From Candidatus Methylomirabilota bacterium (GTDB taxonomy: Bacteria > Methylomirabilota > Methylomirabilia > Rokubacteriales > CSP1-6), in assembly GCA_046726415.1 (NCBI GenBank), contig JBKPAK010000095.1, positions 1 through 12,595 on the forward strand: a stretch of DNA of 12,595 nt, read 5' to 3'. Of this stretch, positions 1-6,730 are shown in pieces. A program made the position numbers and the translations under genes. The notes under the pieces are model-generated. The model searched no databases. It saw nothing but the letters and a program-made list of their open reading frames with translations, and was not told the origin of the DNA. Position 1 is the first letter of the stretch, and each line of letters starts with the position of its first letter.

Positions 1-1
1 C

Positions 2-622
2 CTCGTCGGCAACACCACGGGCAACCTCAACATCGCCCTGGGGACCGGCGCGGGGTTCAACGTGACGACCGGCAGTAACAACATCCATATCTACGACGCC
101 GGTACAGATGCCGATAACGCCCTCATCCGCATCGGCACCGCAGGCACCCAGACGGCCACCTTCATCGCGGGTATCAACGGCGTCAACATCGGCATGGGGG
201 CGCCGGTGCTCGTCAACGCGAATGGCCAGCTCGGCACCATGATGTCGGCGGCTGGCTTCAAGGAGGGCATCGAGGACCTAGGCGAGGGCAGCCGCCGGCT
301 CCTCGGGCTACGGCCGGTGCGCTTTCGCTACAAGGCCCAACACGACGATCCGTCGCGGCCCGTGCAGTACGGGCTCGTGGCGGAGGAGGTGGCTGCCGTC
401 TTCCCCGAATTGGTGTACCCAGGCCCTGACGGTGCCCCGTACTCGGTGCGCTACCACCTGCTGAGCGTCCTTCTACTGAACGAACTCCAGCGGCAGGAGC
501 GAGAGTGGCGAGCGAAGAAGGCGGAGGCAGCGGCCCGCTTTGAGGCTCAGCAGGCTCAACTTGACGAGCTGCGGGCGCAGGTGCGGGCGCTGATCGGTGG
601 AAGGGCGGCGGTCAGAGAATGA
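2..622 (+). CDS. Tail-fibre-domain protein with C-terminal intramolecular chaperone (Peptidase S74-like) domain; 5'-truncated by window
   Basis: Frame open from base 2 (LVGNTTGNLNIALGTGAGFNVTTGSNNI..., Gly/Asn repeats). Then S74-type motifs FKEGIEDL, LLGLRPVRFRYK, QYGLVAEEVAAVFPELV, SVRYHLL and a C-terminal coiled coil. Confidence 0.85.
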   Translation, partial: LVGNTTGNLNIALGTGAGFNVTTGSNNIHIYDAGTDADNALIRIGTAGTQTATFIAGINGVNIGMGAPVLVNANGQLGTMMSAAGFKEGIEDLGEGSRRLLGLRPVRFRYKAQHDDPSRPVQYGLVAEEVAAVFPELVYPGPDGAPYSVRYHLLSVLLLNELQRQEREWRAKKAEAAARFEAQQAQLDELRAQVRALIGGRAAVRE

Positions 623-838
623 GCGACCGGTCGCGGCTCACCACGGCTATGGTCTGGTCGGCGCACTCTGCTCCGGCGACGTTCACGAGGGCGCGTGGCT
701 CCGCGCCTAGGCGGTGCGCGCCTTCGCTATGCTGGGGATTGTGGTGAAGGCGGATTCGTCGGGCGGGGCCACCCGCTCTCGGCTACCATCGCGGGACCGG
801 CGAGGCAGGTCGCCGAGTTCCCGATGAGGAGGCCCTCT

Positions 839-1291
839 ATGAGATTGGCCGCCGTTGGGACGCTCGTGCCCGCTCTTGTCGCCTTCGCTACGCTGGCGCT
901 TCCTGTTGTTGCCCCCACCGATGTGATAGGACCGGCCTGCTGGATGACAACCGCATTGAACGATGTCTACCGCCTCTCCTTCTTCGTCGACCCTGCTGAT
1001 AAGACGGTAGCCACGGTAGCTGGGAGAACGGGCAAGGTGCTCGGGACAAGCGTCCCGGTCAGCGGTGCCGCCTTCCTGCGTCCCGCTAATGACGCCGGCG
1101 GCGATGTGGTCGAGCTCCTTCTCACCGTTGCCCAGTCGTTCACGGCGGACAAGCGAAGCACTTTGTTTCTCCACGTGAACTTCAGATTCGCCACGCTCGT
1201 GGGTGAGGGAGCCTGCCAAGCAGCCAATCCTGCCTTTGCCGTCTGTGGCGAGGAAACGTCCATCGACTGGACGCCGGTGGCGTGCCCGTGA
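839..1291 (+). CDS. Hypothetical secreted protein (about 150 aa)
   Basis: SD AGGAGG at 827-832, 6 nt before ATG 839. Hydrophobic signal-like N-terminus MRLAAVGTLVPALVAFATLALPVVA, beta-rich body, 4 Cys. Start 839 preferred over track start 695. Confidence 0.7.
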   Translation: MRLAAVGTLVPALVAFATLALPVVAPTDVIGPACWMTTALNDVYRLSFFVDPADKTVATVAGRTGKVLGTSVPVSGAAFLRPANDAGGDVVELLLTVAQSFTADKRSTLFLHVNFRFATLVGEGACQAANPAFAVCGEETSIDWTPVACP

Positions 1292-1596
1292 GCCGCGGCC
1301 TTCTCACCACCGCCCTGGTCGGAGCCTTCCTGCCCAAGGGCGTCCCCGAGGGGCACATGGTCCGCTCCTGGCTGGATAACTGGACCGGCATCCGTCACTT
1401 GGCCACCGGGATGGGCCGGCACGACTACGACATGGCGCTGACCAGCTACGCCGGCGAGGGCTGGCGGGCCATGTTCTACGTCATGGGCCGGGAGCACGCG
1501 CCGACGAGCAGCACCGGCAGCGCGTGGGAGAAGACGCCATGGCGCGCTGTCCAGGTCGCCGCGCTCGCCACGCTTGAGCGCATCAACGAAGCGTGA
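1288..1596 (+). CDS. Hypothetical protein (WLDNW...GWRAMFY...GSAWEKTPWRAVQ family)
   Basis: GTGA start/stop overlap with the upstream gene at 1288-1291. GC3-biased codons. A homologous remnant occurs at 4470-4519. Resembles a small family I recall from Rokubacteria genomes (unverified). Confidence 0.75.
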   Translation: MSRGLLTTALVGAFLPKGVPEGHMVRSWLDNWTGIRHLATGMGRHDYDMALTSYAGEGWRAMFYVMGREHAPTSSTGSAWEKTPWRAVQVAALATLERINEA

Positions 1597-1769
1597 TGGA
1601 GAGCCAATCGAACAGGCAAGAAACGAGAGCGGATCTCTTCGCCCGCCCCGTGGCCACCCATGGTCAGAGTGCGTGGCGAGCGCCTGTCCATTTCATGAGG
1701 GAACCGGGCAGGCCATCTCAGAACACCTTGGGAGCGCAACTCGCCACGCTTGGAGCCGTCGGCCTTAAG

Positions 1770-3407
1770 CTATTTCGGTTTCCCGCAGCCGACCGTCGTG
1801 AGGGAACTCGACCCGGAAATCGATAGACCATTGGCAGTCTGCCCGGTAAGGATGGCGGACGTATCACCGCACATAATGCCCGTGTCCTGAGTTTCGAATC
1901 GGACAACCATGTCGGTTCGTCCATCCCCGTCAACATCCCTGAATCGAACACTCACCGGAGTTGCCTCGCTACCGGTCCGACCAAAACGGACCGTATTGGG
2001 TTCAACGGTGGTCGCGTCAAATTCCTCTCGCGTAAAGATCACCACGGGGATTTTTCCATGGCTTTTGGGGTTAATCTTATTCGCTTCGGACCGCGGTCTG
2101 ATATCGATCACCACTTCCAAGCCCGCGGTTTGGAACTCGACGGCGCCGATATCGCAAATCCCTATGCGGGCCAATCCGAGCTGATCAGTTGGCGGGCACG
2201 CCTCAGGACGGGCGCTATCTATGGCCTGGCTACTCGCCAGCAGAGGGAAGTGGCCGCCGCCTGGAGTTCCGTCGTCGGTGAACTCGCCCAAACCGGGATC
2301 GCCGATGATATCATTCCCGAGAAGGCTGATCGTACAATCCGTGGGATCACCGATCAGGTTATGGTCTAACGAGGTAATCGCGCCAAAACAGTCGGGTCCT
2401 TTGGCGTTCACACCATCGCGGACTCTATTACCGGCCAAGATAGTGTTCTGCAGTGTCACCGTCCCCGTCCCCGGATTCTCGATGCCGCCGCCACGAAGAA
2501 CCGGACCGCCGCCAATAGTAGACGCCGTGTTGTCAGCGAGCGTGCTGTTGGCAATCATGACTGTACCAAGCAACCGGTTGGACAATGCCCCTCCGCCGCC
2601 ACCATTGACCGCGCCATGCATGGTATTACGAGCCAGTGTGCTGCTCGTAATGCTCACCGTTCCACCATTAGCGATAGCGCCACCGGCCCCGAGATTACCG
2701 AAAGTAGAGTTATCAGTAAAGGTGCTGTTGGTCACGGCGAGCATGCCTTGGTTGTTGATGGCACCTCCCGAGGCGCTGCGGTTAACGCGGACAAAATTAC
2801 TGGCAAATGTCGTGTTCGTCACGATGGTCACGGCGGCTCCGACGCCAGCAATGGCGCCACCGGATCCGCGTTGGTCCCGAACGGAGTTTCCCGTGAGGAC
2901 GCTATTCATGATTGACAGAGTCCCAAAGTTTAAGATGGCTCCGCCGGAGTCTTCGAACCCGAAAACAACTCCGGGACCGCGAACAACGCCGCCTCGTAAG
3001 GTGACTTCGTCGAGGATCAGGCTGCCGGTTGACGCAATGTGCACAAGACGAAAGACGGGGGCGGCGCCGTCCCGTTCGAGAATGGTACGGTCAGCACCAG
3101 CACCCCGAATGGTAACTGTGCTTTTGATCGACGGCAGACCGTTCGGCCCATCATCGCTATTGTTGTCCACGGTGGTTAATGTATAAGGACCCGGCCCCAA
3201 AGTGATCGTGTCCTCTTCCGGTGTGTCATTGGCCGAGTTCACCGCGGCTATGAGACAGGTGGCGTCTCCAGAGGAACAGAAAAACTCTGCGGCATGCAGC
3301 GGATGAGGAAGTACGACGGCAAAGAGAAGGAGGAGCGTTATCTTTGGTAGCATGACGCACCCCACGCAGGAGCGAGTCCGAACGGACATGGTCGCTCTGA
3401 AGGCCAT
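1770..3407 (-). CDS. Secreted right-handed beta-helix protein with GGAI(x)N repeats and choice-of-anchor-Q-like segment
   Basis: Repeated GGAILN/GGAINN/GGAIAN/GGALSN/GGGIEN motifs and LQNTILAGN...DCFG...SLDHNLIGD...SQAIDSA...DQLG...CDIGAVE. C-terminal IDIRP...DVDGDGRTD domain. Signal peptide ending PLHA-AEF. GGAGG before ATG 3407; alternative start 3353. Confidence 0.85.
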   Translation of the reverse strand: MAFRATMSVRTRSCVGCVMLPKITLLLLFAVVLPHPLHAAEFFCSSGDATCLIAAVNSANDTPEEDTITLGPGPYTLTTVDNNSDDGPNGLPSIKSTVTIRGAGADRTILERDGAAPVFRLVHIASTGSLILDEVTLRGGVVRGPGVVFGFEDSGGAILNFGTLSIMNSVLTGNSVRDQRGSGGAIAGVGAAVTIVTNTTFASNFVRVNRSASGGAINNQGMLAVTNSTFTDNSTFGNLGAGGAIANGGTVSITSSTLARNTMHGAVNGGGGGALSNRLLGTVMIANSTLADNTASTIGGGPVLRGGGIENPGTGTVTLQNTILAGNRVRDGVNAKGPDCFGAITSLDHNLIGDPTDCTISLLGNDIIGDPGLGEFTDDGTPGGGHFPLLASSQAIDSARPEACPPTDQLGLARIGICDIGAVEFQTAGLEVVIDIRPRSEANKINPKSHGKIPVVIFTREEFDATTVEPNTVRFGRTGSEATPVSVRFRDVDGDGRTDMVVRFETQDTGIMCGDTSAILTGQTANGLSISGSSSLTTVGCGKPK

Positions 3408-3626
3408 CAGCTCCTCCGACGAGCGACGGTCAGAGAGGTATCGCAGATGCTGGCCTGGATTCGGCTCGTTGTCAAGGGTGCAAGTGCGCCTGCTTATGCG
3501 GCCCTGCCCAGGTCTCGGGGCAGAGTACGCCGAGCTCAGGACAACCCGAGTGGAGCGGACGCCGGTCCGGGTGAAGACCATGGGGACCGCAGCAGGGCAC
3601 TCCTGTCGATTGGGTGGCGGCGGACA

Positions 3627-3808
3627 GTGGCGGACCACCGGGCCAAGCTCACCTTGACGCCCTTCCTCCCGCACGACCTCGCGGAGTGATCACCGCTCGC
3701 GCGATCCGTGAGGGGAAGAACGTAGCGGCGTTCGTGGCAGGGATTCTGACGGAGAAGCAGCTGGGCGACAACCGAGGGGATACGTTGGGGCGACAAAAGG
3801 ACGGCTAA
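3627..3808 (+). pseudogene. Frameshifted small protein, possibly ribbon-helix-helix-like (copy 1)
   Basis: VADHRAKLTLTPFLPHDLAE, then 1 nt missing near 3688, then ITARAIREGKNVAAFVAGILTE. Aligns with copy 2. Confidence 0.55.
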
Positions 3809-3926
3809 CTAGCCCATGGCCAAGCCAGCGCGCAACCCCGAGCAGGCGGAGCTCGCCTTCCCGAAGACCGGGACGAAGAAGGCGGGTCGAACCCCTGAGG
3901 AGCTTGCCAGGGCCGCTATAGCCCGC

Positions 3927-4109
3927 ATGCCGACAACGGTTTCGGGTGGTCGCGTCAAAGATGACGGTCACGCTGTTCCTGACCCGTGAGGCGCGGAGTA
4001 CCTCTCCGCCTGTGCGATCCGTGAGCAGCGCAACACACCCGCCCTGATCGCCGAGATCCTCACCGCCGAGGCCAAGCGCAAGTCAGCGTCTCGCCCGGCG
4101 ACCTGCTGA
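3927..4109 (+). pseudogene. Frameshifted small protein, possibly ribbon-helix-helix-like (copy 2)
   Basis: MPTTVSGGRVK, +1 nt near 3960, MTVTLFLTRE, -1 nt near 3991, AEYLSACAIREQRNTPALIAEILTAEAKRK. Shares GCGATCCGTGAG with copy 1. Confidence 0.55.
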
Positions 4110-4119
4110 GGCCGACGAG

Positions 4120-4263
4120 GTGACAGCGTGGATACGCCTCGACCTCCTCACCCGTCGCATTGTCGGCCAGCGCATGGAGCACGGGGGCGACGCCGAGAAG
4201 GATGAGGCCCTCGACAAGCTGATGGTGCTCCGCGCGTGGACGGCGCGGCGGCTGGTGAATTGA
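4120..4263 (+). CDS. Possible 47-aa hypothetical protein
   Basis: VTAWIRLDLLTRRIVGQRMEHGGDAEKDEALDKLMVLRAWTARRLVN. GC3-biased, with a TTGA overlap into the next start. Start uncertain. Confidence 0.4.
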   Translation: MTAWIRLDLLTRRIVGQRMEHGGDAEKDEALDKLMVLRAWTARRLVN

Positions 4264-4308
4264 GCGATAACGAGGACCCGACCATTGAGCGATGACGAGG
4301 ACCCGACC
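4259..4308 (+). repeat. 25-bp tandem duplication (1 mismatch)
   Basis: ATTGAGCGATAACGAGGACCCGACC (4259-4283) and ATTGAGCGATGACGAGGACCCGACC (4284-4308). Confidence 0.95.
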
Positions 4309-4380
4309 TGCGAGTGGTGCGGCCAACCGATCCCGGAAGGCATCGGGCGATATCAGCTCGTGCCCTCGCCTATCATACGT
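4285..4380 (+). pseudogene. Frameshifted CxxC micro-protein, paralog of 5434-5589
   Basis: Adding 1 nt in CCC 4363-4365 gives CEWCGQPIPEGIGRYQLVPLAYH, which aligns without gaps to CEWCRTPIHEGEARLRFFAIAYH. 3' end uncertain. Confidence 0.55.
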
Positions 4381-4547
4381 TTGGCGCTCGATCACCCAGG
4401 CAACACGGGGCAGTGGCGGCTGGCTGGCAGGGGCTGCGGATCAAGGTCAACCAGCTCGCGAAGTGAATCGGTACCGCGGGTGCCGCCACGCCTGGGAGGC
4501 GGTGCAGCTCGGGCCGCTGGTGAAACGCACAAGAGGAGAAGGTCCCT

Positions 4548-4718
4548 ATGACCGGCTGGAGATGGCTTCTCATAGCGGTCGGTGTCATCCTCGCGGTCCT
4601 GTCGCTGTTCGCAGACGTACTTAGGCTCGGCGCTGCCCCGGGTTTCGGTTGGAAGCAGATTGTCGGGCTCGTGGTGGGGTTGGCCCTAATAGGTTACGGC
4701 TTCTTCTGGGGATCGTGA
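4548..4718 (+). CDS. 56-aa two-TM membrane protein (absent from ORF track)
   Basis: MTGWRWLLIAVGVILAVLSLFADVLRLGAAPGFGWKQIVGLVVGLALIGYGFFWGS. Purine-rich SD AAGAGGAGAAGG at 4531-4542. Two hydrophobic helices separated by GFGWKQ. Confidence 0.8.
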   Translation: MTGWRWLLIAVGVILAVLSLFADVLRLGAAPGFGWKQIVGLVVGLALIGYGFFWGS

Positions 4719-4781
4719 CGGAGATCCTCGAGGCTGAGGTCCGGCGACGCTGATGGACCCGGCGTGGCGCCTCTACTTTCC

Positions 4782-5006
4782 CTATCCGGCGGAACGGCGG
4801 AACACCGGGCTCGCCAGCCGCCACGGCTCGTCGCTCTCATGCGGCCGCACAAGGCCGGTGGCCGGATCAGTCTCAGTCGCCCAGGACAGCGGACACGCCG
4901 GATGCGGACATGGCATCGCTACGCCACACTCCTCGACGCACGTCCCATCAAGATGGAGCTCCCAGACCCATCCATCGGCGCACTGGCCGCAGGTTTCAGG
5001 GGCCAT
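4782..5006 (-). CDS. Hypothetical Cys-rich small protein
   Basis: MAPETCGQCADGWVWELH...CVEECGVAMPCPHPAC. Starts 5 nt after the stop of the upstream minus-strand ORF. Confidence 0.5.
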   Translation of the reverse strand: MAPETCGQCADGWVWELHLDGTCVEECGVAMPCPHPACPLSWATETDPATGLVRPHESDEPWRLASPVFRRSAG

Positions 5007-5011
5007 GAGTG

Positions 5012-5166
5012 CTAGCTCGAGTGCAGCTCGCTCCGTGGCACCTTCGCACTCAGCTCGCGGACCTGCTGGAGAGCGTAGGCCAAACGGTCTTTCAAGTCCG
5101 CGATCTTCCCCGGGCGCGGATCAGTTCGCCCTGGAGCCGACGATTCTCGCGCTCGAGGTCGGTCAC
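5012..5166 (-). pseudogene. Frameshifted coiled-coil micro-protein
   Basis: MTDLERENRRLQGELIRAR, 1 nt missing in the run at 5108-5111, then KIADLKDRLAYALQQVRELSAKV. GTGA overlap with the upstream ORF. Confidence 0.5.
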
Positions 5167-5375
5167 TTCGTTCCGAGCACCTCGTCGATGCCGCCGTGCT
5201 CGTCGATCAGGCGCCGGATCACCTTGGTCTCGTCAACCCTGGGCGGAGGACACCGCCAGGCTTTTGCATGAAAGAGCGCCCAGTGCCAGATCGAGGTGTA
5301 CTCGTCCTACCCAACGACCTTGCGGTGCTGGATGCAGAGGCCAGCGTAACGGGGCAGCTTGGGCAGGCGCTTCAT
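5163..5375 (-). pseudogene. 70-codon micro-ORF with in-frame TAG
   Basis: MKRLPKLPRYAGLCIQHRKVVG*DEYTSIWHWALFHAKAWRCPPPRVDETKVIRRLIDEHGGIDEVLGTK, with TAG at 5309-5307. Extended -10 TGgTACACT lies 9 nt upstream of the ATG. Confidence 0.45.
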
Positions 5376-5415
5376 CGCCCCGGAAGTGTACCATCGCCCC
5401 GGAAGTGTACCATCG
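5373..5415 (+). repeat. Perfect 19-bp tandem duplication
   Basis: CATCGCCCCGGAAGTGTAC twice (5373-5391, 5392-5410) plus CATCG. Confidence 0.95.
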
Positions 5416-5433
5416 ACGCCGTGTTCGTCGAGG

Positions 5434-5589
5434 ATGCGGAACAACGGTCCCGTGGTCAGCTGCGAGTGGTGCCGCACGCCGATCCATGAGGGTGAAGCGA
5501 GGCTCCGGTTCTTCGCGATCGCGTATCACCTGGGCTGCTGGGATGCCTCGGTGGAGGCGCTGATCGTGCCACCACGGCGGCAGGAGTAA
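5434..5589 (+). CDS. 51-aa putative zinc-binding micro-protein (CxxC...HxxC)
   Basis: MRNNGPVVSCEWCRTPIHEGEARLRFFAIAYHLGCWDASVEALIVPPRRQE. Paralog at 4285. Confidence 0.6.
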   Translation: MRNNGPVVSCEWCRTPIHEGEARLRFFAIAYHLGCWDASVEALIVPPRRQE

Positions 5590-5621
5590 CAGCGGAGCGG
5601 AGCAGTGAACGCACGAGAAGC

Positions 5622-5651
5622 TTGACTTATTGTTTAACGGAGAGTTAAATT
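5622..5651 (+). promoter_or_regulatory. Sigma70-type promoter with overlapping palindromic operator
   Basis: TTGACT (5622-5627), 18 nt, TAAATT (5646-5651) in the only strongly AT-rich patch nearby. Perfect inverted repeat TTTAAC-N5-GTTAAA at 5633-5649. Confidence 0.75.
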
Positions 5652-5657
5652 ATTAAA

Positions 5658-5861
5658 GTGTCACCACGGAGGTTAGCCCGAGTGATTCGCGACTTACGCG
5701 AGCAGGCGCAGATGACCAGGATGGAGTTGGCGAAGAAGGCCAAGGTGACGACCGCCTACGTCTCCATGATCGAAGCTGGCAAGCGCAAGTCGCCGTCGCT
5801 GCCGGTGCTGCGGCGGCTCGCCAAGGCTCTCGGCGTGCCGGTGGCGGAGTTGCTGGAGTAG
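5658..5861 (+). CDS. XRE/Cro-C1 family HTH transcriptional regulator
   Basis: IRDLREQAQMTRMELAKKAKVTTAYVSMIEAGKRKSPSLPVLRRLAKALGVPVAELL matches the HTH_3 pattern along its length. Confidence 0.92.
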   Translation: MSPRRLARVIRDLREQAQMTRMELAKKAKVTTAYVSMIEAGKRKSPSLPVLRRLAKALGVPVAELLE

Positions 5862-5877
5862 GCGCGGACGTAGAGAC

Positions 5878-5909
5878 GCCCGGCCCCGTGTTCACAGCAC
5901 GTGCCGGGC
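5878..5909. terminator. GC-rich stem-loop downstream of XRE gene
   Basis: GCCCGGC-cc-CGTG-[ttcacag]-CACG-t-GCCGGGC. No clear poly-U tail on either strand. Confidence 0.4.
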
Positions 5910-5964
5910 TTGGCCCATCAACCCTAACCCTGGAGGCAGAGACGATGAGCACTCCCATCTTAGC

Positions 5965-6201
5965 GTGCCTACGGCTCGCTTCACCAAAACCGACCCCGAG
6001 AGGACCCTAGAGCCCGTGATGGCGGCGGATCTCATCGAGTGCAGCGTCGAGGCCATCAAGGACATCCTCACTGCGATCGCGCAACTCGACCCCATCTCCG
6101 GCCATGCCACTGATACCCTCCGCGAGAGCATCGAAAAGCGGGCCGATTGGATACTGAGGCGGCGGAGACGATACGGTACAGGGGTGGCAAGGCGGCGGTG
6201 A
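5965..6201 (+). CDS. Hypothetical protein (true start may be ATG 5945, frameshifted)
   Basis: Helical ORF with coding-like codons. The strong SD GGAGG (5932-5936) precedes ATG 5945, which is 1 nt out of frame with this ORF. Confidence 0.5.
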   Translation: MPTARFTKTDPERTLEPVMAADLIECSVEAIKDILTAIAQLDPISGHATDTLRESIEKRADWILRRRRRYGTGVARRR

Positions 6202-6250
6202 AGGCCCGTCAGCAGGAGAAGGGCGGAAGCGCCCTCTGATGACCCGCGGC

Positions 6251-6475
6251 TCAGTTCCCAGTCTCAATCCGCCAGTACGTCTCGCACTCCGCGTGGAGTC
6301 TGATGATCTGCCCGCCCGGGAATTCAACTTCCCACACGGGACCACCGTCCATCGGACGGTCACAGCCGGAGCAGTCTTGTCCGTTTCCAGCCACGACCCG
6401 TGCGCGGAGAGGTACCCCTCCAGTGATGGTTTTCGACCGAAGCTTGGCGCGAATGGTGTTGAGCGGTGAGGGCAT
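6251..6475 (-). CDS. 74-aa putative zinc-binding protein (CxxC...HxxC)
   Basis: MPSPLNTIRAKLRS...GNGQDCSGCDRPMDGGPVWEVEFPGGQIIRLHAECETYW. This is the C-terminal part of track ORF 6251-6808. Confidence 0.6.
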   Translation of the reverse strand: MPSPLNTIRAKLRSKTITGGVPLRARVVAGNGQDCSGCDRPMDGGPVWEVEFPGGQIIRLHAECETYWRIETGN

Positions 6476-6730
6476 GCCCGGTGGACTCCAACGGAGGGGC
6501 CATGTGAGGCAAGCCATCCACCGGGGCCTCAGGCTCAACGTAGAGGCCAAGGCGAGGCTGGCGGGACTATACAGCGATTCTTGGGCAGCCGTCCGAGTTT
6601 CTGGGGCAGGAGAGACGCCCGGAAGAGCACCGATCAAGGGAGGAGCTGATGGCCAAGACCATCGCGACGACATGGACGAAGCAGGGCTTGGACGGCGCCG
6701 CATAGGTGCGGACAGAGAGGAGCAGGGGAG

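Noticed and set aside
2221-3186. 321-aa plus-strand ORF
   Set aside because: Antisense shadow of the beta-helix gene; the Pro-rich repeats mirror its Gly codons.
3408-3674. N-terminal extension of the 634-aa track ORF
   Set aside because: The signal peptide and SD lie at 3353-3417. The extension is non-protein-like and overlaps a plus-strand pseudogene.
3880-3900. Minus-strand GGGGTTCGACCC as a displaced tRNA fragment (att site)
   Set aside because: Imperfect T-stem, no acceptor stem or CCA, and no match to the tRNA-Thr sequence.
5307-5309. Recoded TAG (pyrrolysine or alternative code)
   Set aside because: TAG terminates other genes here (XRE, int1) and neighbouring ORFs are also damaged, so a nonsense mutation is simpler.
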